64,000 bases of DNA from Luteolibacter sp. (GTDB taxonomy: Bacteria > Verrucomicrobiota > Verrucomicrobiia > Verrucomicrobiales > Akkermansiaceae), in the NCBI GenBank assembly GCA_043766715.1, contig JAYUHS010000176.1, positions 15,379-79,378 of the forward strand, written 5' to 3'. The translations under genes and the position numbers were made by a program. Position 1 is the first letter of the stretch. Every line of letters begins with the position of its first letter. The notes beneath the pieces were generated by a model. It searched no databases, was not told the DNA's origin, and was given only the letters and a program-made list of their open reading frames with translations. This document shows positions 27,368 to 41,381 of the stretch, one piece after another.

Positions 27368-29701
27368 TTACGGCACCGTCACCCGCACCCGATAAAACCG
27401 CGCTGGTTCCGAGGAAACGACTGGGAAATCCGCCACAGTTTGCGCCCCGTTTCCGGCATCGCTCGTGAGGATCACCCAAGCGGATAGATCCGGACTGCTC
27501 TCCACCTGATAAGTCCGGCCAGTCACCGTCGGGAAACCCAGCCGCACCGTGCTCGCGGAGGGCTGCGTGAAGCTCACGACGAAGCGCGACGCCGCATCCT
27601 GCGGGTCGGTGCCGAACACCCGCTCGTCCGCATCCGGTGTGCCGTCGCCATCGGTATCATCGCGGGTTAGAAAAGTGACTGCTAGATTATCAATCGCCAT
27701 GCCTTGGGCCGCTGGCACGGAGTTGATGAAGTTCTGGCTCGCGTTCACCGCGCCCTTGCTGTGCGATCCCGCAATTTTCGCCCAAGTGAAATCTGTGCGG
27801 ATGCCACCACTTCCGATGCGACCCAGTGCAGACGTTCCGACCGCTTCAGTCCCAGTCTGAGAGACTCCGATGTTCGTGGATGCGGATGGCGGAACCGTGG
27901 CGGCGGCGATGCCATCCGTAGCGACGAAGCTGCCTTCGTAGGAGATGAACTCGATCACTTGGCGGGTCACTCGATTTACCATCGCAATCCCGTCTGGACC
28001 ATTTTGGATGAAGTCGCTGAACCCGGCGACGAACAGATTAAATTCGTTAGGAGTCGTGGTCCGGGTGAACTCCGAACTTCCTAAATTCAGTGTCCGATAG
28101 ACTTTCCCGTTCGATCCATTGTAGAGCAGCACATCGATTTCGCTAAAATCTCCCGTAAATCCCGGCCCCGCGACCACTTCGATGAATTCTCCCTGATCGG
28201 TCCCTGTGTTGTCGTAATGGAACTCGTTCAAGAAAATGTCAGCAGGTGCAGCCCCTGCAGTGGCTCCGGGAGTGAAGGTGAAACGGAGTTGGAACTCACT
28301 GCCCGGTGCGATCGCTAGTCCGGTGACGATGGCATTTTTCAAAATAGAAATCCCGCCAGCGATGGCTCCGGTGGCAAGATTGTTAGCAGCAGTAAATGTC
28401 AGTGCCGGGATCGGACTCGCTACTCCATGCAGGATCAATTCCGCAGTCAGCGAGCCAGTCGTTCCGCCGCTCACGCTCCGCCACTGTTCCGCAGTGAATG
28501 AAATTTCAAGCGCCGTGATCGGTTGGCTGGTTTGATTGATGAATTGAGCCGTCGCAGTGCCACCCGCCGCACCGGCGATGAATCCGATCGAAGGATCCGT
28601 CGCGGGGCCGTAGGATCGGAAACCCGCCACCGCTGCCGTGCCGCTGTCGATTCCTCTCCAAGCTCCGCCGCTCGTGACCCATGGGTAAGGATCGTATGCC
28701 CCGGAAAAACCATCGAAGGTTTCACTCACTGTCTGTCCAAGGGTGGTAAAAGTATAAGGTATCGCAGGGTCTAACTCGATATCGCCGAAAAGTGCTAAAT
28801 GGTCAGACGCCGCCATACTTGTCCCGCCAGCGAGTGGCAGCCCTGCCTTGGGCCGACCGGTGTCATTTGATCGATCAAGTGCGGAGTTATAGATTTCACT
28901 ATGCAAAGGCCGCGAGCCGATGACTGGCGAGACCATGAAAAGATCGATGCTCGTGCCCTCGCCGGCGGTGGTAGTGGAAGGGCGGGTGATGATGGATTGA
29001 TCCAACTGGCGCGGGATGTCCGGCCCCAGAGCGAAGGCGGGAGGTAAGCCGCTGGAAGGAACGGCGGTGAACTTCCGATCGCTAGCAGATGGGTTGAAAT
29101 TAAAATCACCCAAGATGATGAAATTATCGTTCGCAGTGAGTCCGCTTGAGTTGAGGTTATCCGTCAGGCGGCGCATTTCCACCGTTCTTTGAAAAACGTC
29201 CGAGGCCCCGCTGCCGACCTTCAAATGGGCGCTGACGACTACCAAGTCCCGCGCGGTCCCAGGCACATCGATTTTGACCACAGGAATGAGTCGAGTCATG
29301 TCCTTGAAACCGGCAGGTGTTGAGATCAGCTCCTGTGACAAGAACGGAAACCGCGACAGAATGACGACGTGGAGCGATGGATCAAACGCCTGATTCGTCG
29401 GCGCGTAGTAAACGTAAGGATAGCCCAAACCGGTCGCCAACGTGGTGAGATTTCCCGAGCTGAAATCCGCGCTGTGGATTTCCTGTAGCGCCACCACGTC
29501 GGCATCCATCCGGCTGAGCACGGCTCGCACCGCATCGTGATCTGGCTGGCCCGGCGGACCGATGCCATAGTCGAAATAGGCCGGGCCTGTCGTCGGGAAC
29601 TGAAGATGTGCGCCGATGTTGAAAGTCGCCACCCGGATTTCCACCGCCATCGCCAAGCTGCTAAAGGTGAACAGCAATGACGCCGCAGTTTTCAAGAACA
29701 T
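27368..29701 (-). CDS. Secreted endonuclease/exonuclease/phosphatase (EEP) family protein with lamin-tail-like domain and TSP3 repeat
   Basis: Signal peptide from the ATG at 29699-29701 (MFLKTAASLLFTFSSLAMA); the track start is 29788. EEP motifs (VATFNIG, VVALQEI, GDFNFN, ASDHLAL), an LTD-like segment (IFLNEFHYDNTGTDQGEFIEVV) and a C-terminal DDTDGDGTPDADE repeat plus beta-module. Confidence 0.75.
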   Translation of the reverse strand: MFLKTAASLLFTFSSLAMAVEIRVATFNIGAHLQFPTTGPAYFDYGIGPPGQPDHDAVRAVLSRMDADVVALQEIHSADFSSGNLTTLATGLGYPYVYYAPTNQAFDPSLHVVILSRFPFLSQELISTPAGFKDMTRLIPVVKIDVPGTARDLVVVSAHLKVGSGASDVFQRTVEMRRLTDNLNSSGLTANDNFIILGDFNFNPSASDRKFTAVPSSGLPPAFALGPDIPRQLDQSIITRPSTTTAGEGTSIDLFMVSPVIGSRPLHSEIYNSALDRSNDTGRPKAGLPLAGGTSMAASDHLALFGDIELDPAIPYTFTTLGQTVSETFDGFSGAYDPYPWVTSGGAWRGIDSGTAAVAGFRSYGPATDPSIGFIAGAAGGTATAQFINQTSQPITALEISFTAEQWRSVSGGTTGSLTAELILHGVASPIPALTFTAANNLATGAIAGGISILKNAIVTGLAIAPGSEFQLRFTFTPGATAGAAPADIFLNEFHYDNTGTDQGEFIEVVAGPGFTGDFSEIDVLLYNGSNGKVYRTLNLGSSEFTRTTTPNEFNLFVAGFSDFIQNGPDGIAMVNRVTRQVIEFISYEGSFVATDGIAAATVPPSASTNIGVSQTGTEAVGTSALGRIGSGGIRTDFTWAKIAGSHSKGAVNASQNFINSVPAAQGMAIDNLAVTFLTRDDTDGDGTPDADERVFGTDPQDAASRFVVSFTQPSASTVRLGFPTVTGRTYQVESSPDLSAWVILTSDAGNGAQTVADFPVVSSEPARFYRVRVTVP

Positions 29702-30030
29702 GGATCGGGAAATTAGAGCCGTGGAGTGCGTTGTCGATCCGCCAAAAGTGACAGCATCTTCAAGAGCGGAAGGAGTTCCATTTTTCATGTCGAGCGTGGC
29801 AATAGGGATGCCGAGGGATTGATTTCTGAGTTAATTTGAACCACGCAAATTGCTTCGATGCTCGGACTGATACCAAGAACACTCGTTGTGGCGAGACGCC
29901 TCAACCACGCTTCTTCACATCTCTTTCCGTTCGAGGCGTATCAAGGGTGTGAAGGGACTGGATGGCGGTGGATGTCTGGAATTTGTAATGTTTCGCTTTT
30001 GAGGGCGTAATTCTGGAGAAATCTGAGCTT

Positions 30031-30963
30031 ATGCAAAAATCATCCCGAGTTCTAAGCCCCATTCTGTTGCCTTTGGTCTGGACCGTGGGGATCTTGGCTA
30101 ACTTAATCTCATTTTCACCCGCGCTAGCGTTAGACGCCACCCCGGCCAAGAAGATCGTTTTCATTGCCGGAAATCCCAGCCACTCGCCCGGCGAGCATGA
30201 ACACCGTGCGGGTTGTATGCTCCTCGCCGACCACTTGAATCGAAGTGGACTTCCAGTGAAAGCGGTCATCACCACCCACGGCTGGCCGCAGGACGATTCC
30301 ATTTTTCAAGGTGCTGCGGCGGTCGTTATTTACTCTGACGGCGGCGAAGGTCACCCGGCACTCAACCACCTCGCTGAGTTGAAAAAACTCGCCGCAGCCG
30401 GAATCGGCATCGGCTGCATCCACTACGCGGTGGAAATTCCGAAGGGCGCTCCGGGCGATACACTTCGCGATCTAATCGGAGGCTATTTCGAGACGGATTG
30501 GTCGGTAAACCCCCACTGGCAAGGCTCGTTTACGCTGCCCAAGCATGAGGTCACCCGTGGCATTCGTGACTTCAAAATCACTGATGAATGGTATTATCAC
30601 CTGCGTTTTACCCCGGAGATGAGTGGCATTATTCCAATACTAACGGCGCTGCCACCGCCAGAGAGCCTCGACCGTCCTGATGGGCCTCACGAAGGAAACC
30701 CCGCCGCACGCGCTGCTGTCCTAGAGCGTAAAGAACCGCAGCAGGTGATGTGGGTCTATGATCGCCCGCAGGAATCGGGCGGTGGTCGTGCCTTCGGTTT
30801 TACAGGCGGACATTTCCATAAAAATTGGCAGCAAGATGACAATCGCCGCCTAGTCCTCAATGCGATCGCATGGATTTCTAAACTCGAAATCCCGGACCAA
30901 GGTGTCGCCTCTGAAACCCCATCTGATGCGGCAATGGCAGAAAATCTTGATGAGAAAAACTGA
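30031..30963 (+). CDS. ThuA domain-containing protein
   Basis: 310 aa with a signal peptide. KIVFIAGNPSHSPGEHEHRAGCMLLADHLN is typical of the PVC-type ThuA-like family. Confidence 0.7.
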   Translation: MQKSSRVLSPILLPLVWTVGILANLISFSPALALDATPAKKIVFIAGNPSHSPGEHEHRAGCMLLADHLNRSGLPVKAVITTHGWPQDDSIFQGAAAVVIYSDGGEGHPALNHLAELKKLAAAGIGIGCIHYAVEIPKGAPGDTLRDLIGGYFETDWSVNPHWQGSFTLPKHEVTRGIRDFKITDEWYYHLRFTPEMSGIIPILTALPPPESLDRPDGPHEGNPAARAAVLERKEPQQVMWVYDRPQESGGGRAFGFTGGHFHKNWQQDDNRRLVLNAIAWISKLEIPDQGVASETPSDAAMAENLDEKN

Positions 30964-30999
30964 CCAACGGATCAGAGCGCAGGATGCTGGCGGTTAGAG

Positions 31000-35670
<4,671 letters not shown>

Positions 35671-35808
35671 CAAAAGTTCAGGAAAACCGCGCTCAACCGA
35701 TGATTGTGAGCGAGGAACGGGAATAAACGACAGGTCACGAAGACTGCCAAGCAGGAATTGTGCCTGCTAACACGACACGAAATCCCTCAGCGAATCACCC
35801 CAAACTTT

Positions 35809-36657
35809 TCAGTGATCTGGCGGTGTGTCGTCTGGCGGTAGCAGCCCGTGAGCCACGAGGAAGCGGTCGGCAGCAGCGATGGTCAGCTCGAAATTTTTAT
35901 GGCTGACGTTGAAGTTAAAGAAGCTATGTTCCTCGCGTTCGAAGTCGATGATTTCACAAGAATTTCCCCACCAGCGCATCCGGCGGCGGAATTTATCGAC
36001 CTCTTCAAACGGGGTGATGCGATCGGATTTCCCGTGGAAAAAAATCATCGGCGGTAGCTTACGGCGGATGAGCCGGGTCGGGCTGAGGCGCTTGGCAGTC
36101 TTCGCATCTGGAAACCGCTCCATGGCAGCTCCTTTGACTGCCGTATTTACCAAAGTGCTGAAGAGGATGAGTGCTTGTGGGAAGCAATCGAATCCATCGA
36201 CTGCTGGCAAATCCTTCGCCTTCGGCATGGTGGCGAGCAGGGCCAGATAGGCTCCGCCGCCTGCTCCGCCGATGGTGATTTTCGTCGGGTCGAGATTGAA
36301 GGTCTCGGCATTAAAACGGAGCCAGCGGATCAAGTCGCGGGCATCCTCGACGGCTTCGAGCGGGCCGGTGCCGTGCTTGGCTGAGGTCCTCGTTTCTGCG
36401 GCGACGGCCACCGCCCCGCGCGTCGCGAAATGGAGACAATGGGGGACGAACTGAGTGGGCGTCGGCGAGTCCCAGAAACCGCCGTGGAAGAAAACGACGG
36501 CAGGGCGGGGGGGGCCGTCGTTTTTCGCGGGGAGAAACAAATGGGCGATCACGTCACCCTCGGGGCGTTGTTCGTAAACGTAGGTCGAGGCATCCTTTAG
36601 AATCTCACGATCGCGCGCCTCGCCGATGGGCGCGACTCTCTGTAAAATGTTTCTCAT
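35809..36657 (-). CDS. Alpha/beta-hydrolase fold protein (esterase/lipase-like) with atypical nucleophile elbow
   Basis: ATG at 36655-36657 (MRNILQRV...). Oxyanion HGG motif (VVFFHGGFW). The expected GDSAGG elbow reads GGAGGGAYLA, with no Ser. Confidence 0.6.
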   Translation of the reverse strand: MRNILQRVAPIGEARDREILKDASTYVYEQRPEGDVIAHLFLPAKNDGPPRPAVVFFHGGFWDSPTPTQFVPHCLHFATRGAVAVAAETRTSAKHGTGPLEAVEDARDLIRWLRFNAETFNLDPTKITIGGAGGGAYLALLATMPKAKDLPAVDGFDCFPQALILFSTLVNTAVKGAAMERFPDAKTAKRLSPTRLIRRKLPPMIFFHGKSDRITPFEEVDKFRRRMRWWGNSCEIIDFEREEHSFFNFNVSHKNFELTIAAADRFLVAHGLLPPDDTPPDH

Positions 36658-36739
36658 AGGGTGAACCCGCCACCCAGAATTGGAACGGCCTGCAATTTGT
36701 TTGTTGTGGGGAAGCCTATCTTGTCCAATCGTTTCGCCA

Positions 36740-37618
36740 ATGCACCGAATAATTTTAGTGATTTCCTTGGTCTTCTCCAGCTTCGCGGCGGCCCAAGATA
36801 ATCTGCGGCCCGCGCTGGAAACCACCTACAGTGCTTGGAGGGAAGCGATGATCCGCAAGGATCCTTCCGTCTGGCAGCGGGTGACGGCGGAGCACCGCCG
36901 GATCGAGGTGAGGAATCGGATTGTTTCTGAAAAGCGGCCATTTCCAGCGACGGTGTTTGAGCTTCCCGCGCCGCCGCCGACGTTGCAAGGGCTCAAGTTT
37001 CTCGAGGCCAAACAAAATGGCCCCACGGCCAAGGCATCGTATTTCGGCAAGATCGACTTTGGCGTCGGCGGTGACCCAACGGAGAATTTGCTCGTTCTTT
37101 CATTCGTCCGGGGTTCCGGCGGCTGGCTTTACGATCGGGCTGACTTCGTGAACCTCAGCGGTCTCGCGGCGGTCCGGAAGGAACTTGCTGGGGGAAACCT
37201 CAAGTATCTCAAGGAAACACCTGAAGCCCAGCCGTCTGGGAAAGTCCCGCCGACCCCAATCTCGGCGAATCCTGCGAAGCACATTGCCAAGGTATATGTC
37301 TTCTGCCCCGGGCGGGAAGTGGAGGTGCAGATCAACAAGATCAGCCGCCACCGATTTGCGAATGCCAAGGTGGCGGAGGTGGTCATCGGCGGAGCGGTCG
37401 ATGGGGCCAACGAGGTGCAATATACGGTGAAAAAACTCGCTGGAGGCACCGGCAAGGAAGTGATGACCATCCGCGTCTATCTGATGTCTGAGGTGCAGGG
37501 GCAAAAGCCGATCAAGGCGTTTGAATACCAGATCGCGGCGGGGCAGGCACCGAAAGCTGTGGCCACTGGCACCTTCAACCTAGATGACGTGATAGCTGCT
37601 AAGTTAACTGGAAAATAG
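36740..37618 (+). CDS. Hypothetical secreted protein (N-terminal NTF2/SnoaL-like segment)
   Basis: ATG at 36740 gives the signal peptide MHRIILVISLVFSSFAAAQ. The ETTYSAWREAMIRKDPSVWQRV pattern is DUF4440/SnoaL-like. Confidence 0.5.
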   Translation: MHRIILVISLVFSSFAAAQDNLRPALETTYSAWREAMIRKDPSVWQRVTAEHRRIEVRNRIVSEKRPFPATVFELPAPPPTLQGLKFLEAKQNGPTAKASYFGKIDFGVGGDPTENLLVLSFVRGSGGWLYDRADFVNLSGLAAVRKELAGGNLKYLKETPEAQPSGKVPPTPISANPAKHIAKVYVFCPGREVEVQINKISRHRFANAKVAEVVIGGAVDGANEVQYTVKKLAGGTGKEVMTIRVYLMSEVQGQKPIKAFEYQIAAGQAPKAVATGTFNLDDVIAAKLTGK

Positions 37619-37640
37619 CCAAGCGGAGAGGAAATTCCGT

Positions 37641-38267
37641 TCAGCCACCCGCCGTGGGTGAGGCGACTTGAGTCAGGGCGTCCATGACGAGGGCGACGGA
37701 GGCGGGGCTGAGCGAATCGGGGACGACGGCTCCGAGGATGAGGCAGCCATCGGCAGTTTCCACGGGAATGACTTCGAGGGTGGCTCCCGCGCCGATTTTC
37801 ACCCGCACATTCGCCATGGAGGCGGCAGGGCGGCGGGGGGCAAGTGCCACGCTGCGGGCGAGGAAATGCAGCCGACCGTGGCGGCTTTCGTCGAAGATGA
37901 CCGCGCCGTCGCGGTCGAGGATGAAGAGGTCAGTGGCGGAGAAATCGCGATGCATCCAGTCGCAAAAACGGGTGATGCGGTCGAGAAGTGGTCCGTGGGC
38001 GGTTGTGAAATTTTCCGCAACTGGAGGCTCGGGCGTGGTCTGGATCGCGGACTCGATGGGTGGTGATTGTGGCGATCCTTCCGCAGGTTCTGGGGCTGAA
38101 GGCGGGGCGGTGAGTGGGGTCACTTCATGAGCGCCGTAGCCGATGAAGGTCTCACCGAAACCCGCGTCGGCGGCAGATATGGCCGTCGCATGGGTGGGAT
38201 TCAGCAGCCGTTCTGCTAAACGACGGACCTCGTTGGGATCAAGCCATGGGTAGATCGGGTCCATCAT
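37641..38267 (-). CDS. Hypothetical protein, C-terminal roadblock/LC7-like domain candidate
   Basis: The track ORF (to 38693) has an Arg-rich N-terminus overlapping the ParA-like gene. The ATGATG at 38262-38267 overlaps the ParA-like stop (ATGATGA). The C-terminus (ATDLFILDRDGAVIFDE...ADGCLILGAVVPDSLSPASVALVMDAL) resembles LC7/MglB-type folds. Confidence 0.4.
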   Translation of the reverse strand: MMDPIYPWLDPNEVRRLAERLLNPTHATAISAADAGFGETFIGYGAHEVTPLTAPPSAPEPAEGSPQSPPIESAIQTTPEPPVAENFTTAHGPLLDRITRFCDWMHRDFSATDLFILDRDGAVIFDESRHGRLHFLARSVALAPRRPAASMANVRVKIGAGATLEVIPVETADGCLILGAVVPDSLSPASVALVMDALTQVASPTAGG

Positions 38268-39052
38268 TGAGGAGTAGGGAGGCCACCGCTGGAGGCGAGT
38301 TTTACTTCGATTTCTGCCCGTAGTGAGTCGAATGAAAGTTGGGCAGCCGCACCGTCTTCGAGCACGCCGACGGGTAGGCCTCGGGCGCTGGCGCGGACGA
38401 AAAGCCCGTCGCGTGGGATCTGGGTCCGGAAGACGATCTCGGGTGGCAGCAGTTGGCGAAGAGCGGTGGCGGCCTCGGTGCTTTCCGCCAGATCTTCCTG
38501 AACCATGGTGAGGCAGACACCGAGGACGCTGAGGCGGGGATTCATGATGCGCAGGCGGTTCAGCCCTTCGAGCAGTTTCGGTACGGAGCGGATGCCCAGT
38601 GGCTCGGCTTGCTGAGGGATGAGGACCGCGTCGCTGGAGGTGATGACGTCGCCAGTGACTCCGAAAAGCCCGGCGGCGGTGTCGATGAGACATAAATCAA
38701 ATCCACGGGCGGCGACGTTGCGGAGAACGGTTCGAATCCGAGCAAGGTGGGCGCCCATGGTGCCGCCACCTGAGTCGTAGTCGCTGCCTTGTCCGCTGGC
38801 GACGAGGGAAAACGTATCGAGCCGAGTGGGGACGACGAGACGTTCTAATGGGATGCTGGGATCAGCCAAGTAGTCGTAGAATCCGGTAAGTAAACGCGAT
38901 TGGCGGGTGAGGGACAGGCCGACGGAGCCTTGTGGATCGGCGTCCACCAAGAGGGTTTTCACCCCTGCCCGGGCGAAGGAGTGGGCGAGATTGATCGAGA
39001 CGGTGGTTTTACCCACGCCTCCTTTTTGGCTAGAAACGGCAATACTAATCAC
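38264..39052 (-). CDS. ParA/MinD-like P-loop ATPase
   Basis: Deviant Walker A at the N-terminus (SSQKGGVGKTTVSINLA), then LLVDADPQGS. GTG start. Confidence 0.8.
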   Translation of the reverse strand: MISIAVSSQKGGVGKTTVSINLAHSFARAGVKTLLVDADPQGSVGLSLTRQSRLLTGFYDYLADPSIPLERLVVPTRLDTFSLVASGQGSDYDSGGGTMGAHLARIRTVLRNVAARGFDLCLIDTAAGLFGVTGDVITSSDAVLIPQQAEPLGIRSVPKLLEGLNRLRIMNPRLSVLGVCLTMVQEDLAESTEAATALRQLLPPEIVFRTQIPRDGLFVRASARGLPVGVLEDGAAAQLSFDSLRAEIEVKLASSGGLPTPQ

Positions 39053-39166
39053 ACGGCACGGGGAATTGTTGCGAGAGGCTAGCTTCCGCTTGCCACATCG
39101 GAAGTCTTTTCTTCATAATGCGGTCGCGAGGGAATGATAGGTCCCTTCTTTCCCGCCCATTTTCCT

Positions 39167-41344
39167 ATGAATTTCTCATTTCCATTTGTCTCAATCACGA
39201 TGGCCGTCGCAGTTGGCGGGCTGATGCTCGGAGCTGGCGGTTGCCGGAAAAAGGGGCAAGGAGAGCGGGTTGAGGCTGCCCATTCGGCGGCGGCCCGGGT
39301 GCCAGAGTTGGAAACGAATGGACTCGTGTCTCTGCCGGGAGCGGTCTATCGCAGCGAGGCTGCCTCGCCGATCCACTGGCAGCCATGGACCAAGGAGACG
39401 CTGGCACATGCCAAGGCGGCGAACCGCCTCATCTTCGGCGTCATTGCGATGCCGCAGCAGCCCGGATTTAAAGGAGTCCTCGCGACCCTTTCGAAGGATC
39501 CGACGTTGGTTTCCTTGATCAACACCCAATACGTCCCTGTGCTAATCGACGGCGATGCCTCGCGTGAAATCGGCCTACTCACCGGGGATCTCTGTTCGGA
39601 AATCAAAAAGAGCCTACAGTTACCGATGTTTGTGTGGATGACGGCGGAGGGAAATCCCGTCGCGTGGATTCCAGTCCCCAAGTCGGGCATCGTCGTCGAT
39701 CTGTTCAACCAATCTCACTCGATGGTCAAACGCATGTGGATGGAGGACGCGGCCTATGTGCTGAAAAACAGCGGCTTGGATAATGCCAGCCGCCGCGAAC
39801 GGATCGCGCTGCGCAAGAATTCCAAAGTGATGAGTAAGAACCCGGCTCTGGATGTGGTTCGCAGCCTCCGCCAGCTTGCTTCGTTCTATGACCCAGACTC
39901 CCGCAGCTTCGATGAAGCGGGAGGATTATTTCCGTCCGGTGCGATCGATCTTCTCGCGACAGCAGCGGTCCATCCGGGGCTCGATCCCGAGGTGCGGGAT
40001 CGGTGCATGCAGACCACTCGCGACCTGATCAGCGATCTCCTGCCAAGTGCGATGTTTGACCCGCTGGATGGCGGACTTTTTTCGGCAAGGCAGAAGAATT
40101 CTTGGGCGCTACCGTCCTTTAATAGAGACTGCGTCACCCAAGCCCGCGCCGTCATCGCGCTCGTCCATGCCTACCGCGCCACTGGCGATGCAGGGATTTT
40201 AGAAAAGGCACTGGGGTTGATCCGGTTCTCCGAGAAAAACTTCGGCACGACTGAAGGCTTATTCTCCGTGGGCATGGCCGAGGAAACCGTCCCAACTGCT
40301 TGGTTGTGGAGCCTTGAGGAAATCGAAAAGGAACTCCCCGCTGAGGATGCCACTTGGTGGATCAAGGCGACGGGGATGAAGGGACTGGGGAACTTGCCGT
40401 CTGAGGTCGATCCCGGTCGCGAATATTTCCGCAGCAACAGCATCGGACTTGGAAAGTCAGCCGCAGCGCTTGCGGCGGAGCTTGGGCAGCCTGTCGCCAC
40501 CTTCACCACCCGCTTTGAGGCGGTAAGGAAGAAACTCCTCGAAGTCCGGACGGCCCGGCTCGGACCCGTGCAGCGCGACGATTGCTCACACGCCGGAGCC
40601 ACCTTCCGCATGATTTCCGCTTATGCAGCGGTGTTTGGCGTCACTGGCCAAGCGGAATTTCGTGATAAAGCCGTCGCTCTGATTGAGAAATCACGGACGG
40701 TATTCAGCAGCGGACCGAAGTTGCGCTTATTCACCCAAGAATCGCCAAACTCGATCGGTGAAGGCCGTGCTTTCCTCTACGGCTTGGCACTTCAGGCCGC
40801 GTTGGACGTCTCTGCGATTACTTCGGATGAAAAGCTTCTCACTTGGTCTGAAGATCTCGCCACCACGGCGGCGGAGTTGTTCACCGACTCAGAATTCCTT
40901 AAAGAATGCCCCGATGATGCGAGACTCATCGACTTACCGACGACGGATCTGGTGATGCTCTTCGACGATTCCACGGCAGGTTTGATATCCTTTGCCGAAT
41001 GCCGCCTTGCAGACCGCAAACGGCCTCTGGTTCCGACTTTCAGCGCGCTTGCCACGCCGCTGCCGACGCACGCGGTGGATCGTCCCATCCTCCACACCGA
41101 CTTGCTACAAGCGACTCTCGCCCGGGAATTCAAAGTCACCGTCGTCGCGGGTGATGGAATTTCTCCAGAACTAAAGCAGGCGACCGAGCGTCTGCCGCTG
41201 CGGATGGTGCAGCGCCGGGCGGCGAAATCAAAAGATGAAGTTCCGACTGGGTCGGCGATGGTCTCCTTCTCAGATGGTCGCAAAGTCTTGGTCTCTACAC
41301 CCACAGCCCTCGCCGCCGCAGTTTTACCTCCGGCGAAAAATTGA
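39167..41344 (+). CDS. DUF255/YyaL-like (thioredoxin-fold + six-hairpin glycosidase-like) protein, lipoprotein
   Basis: The ATG at 39167 gives a lipobox (LMLGAGGC). The N-terminal IHWQPWTKETLAHAKAANRLIFGVI matches the DUF255 pattern, but the usual CxxC is absent. Long alpha/alpha-toroid-like C-terminal region. Confidence 0.6.
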   Translation: MNFSFPFVSITMAVAVGGLMLGAGGCRKKGQGERVEAAHSAAARVPELETNGLVSLPGAVYRSEAASPIHWQPWTKETLAHAKAANRLIFGVIAMPQQPGFKGVLATLSKDPTLVSLINTQYVPVLIDGDASREIGLLTGDLCSEIKKSLQLPMFVWMTAEGNPVAWIPVPKSGIVVDLFNQSHSMVKRMWMEDAAYVLKNSGLDNASRRERIALRKNSKVMSKNPALDVVRSLRQLASFYDPDSRSFDEAGGLFPSGAIDLLATAAVHPGLDPEVRDRCMQTTRDLISDLLPSAMFDPLDGGLFSARQKNSWALPSFNRDCVTQARAVIALVHAYRATGDAGILEKALGLIRFSEKNFGTTEGLFSVGMAEETVPTAWLWSLEEIEKELPAEDATWWIKATGMKGLGNLPSEVDPGREYFRSNSIGLGKSAAALAAELGQPVATFTTRFEAVRKKLLEVRTARLGPVQRDDCSHAGATFRMISAYAAVFGVTGQAEFRDKAVALIEKSRTVFSSGPKLRLFTQESPNSIGEGRAFLYGLALQAALDVSAITSDEKLLTWSEDLATTAAELFTDSEFLKECPDDARLIDLPTTDLVMLFDDSTAGLISFAECRLADRKRPLVPTFSALATPLPTHAVDRPILHTDLLQATLAREFKVTVVAGDGISPELKQATERLPLRMVQRRAAKSKDEVPTGSAMVSFSDGRKVLVSTPTALAAAVLPPAKN

Positions 41345-41381
41345 TAGATTTTCTTCCGCAGTCTGCTCTACTCTCCCACCT

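Noticed and set aside
35674-35808. Possible riboswitch or leader upstream of gltB (small AGCAGG...CCTGCT hairpin)
   Set aside because: There is only one short hairpin, and it bears no resemblance to the glutamine or other riboswitch cores that I can recall.
37641-38693. Full 350-aa track ORF, with an Arg/His/Pro-rich N-terminus overlapping the ParA-like gene
   Set aside because: The first ~140 residues are an out-of-frame read-through of the ParA-like coding region. The ATGATGA junction at 38262-38267 gives a sensible coupled start.
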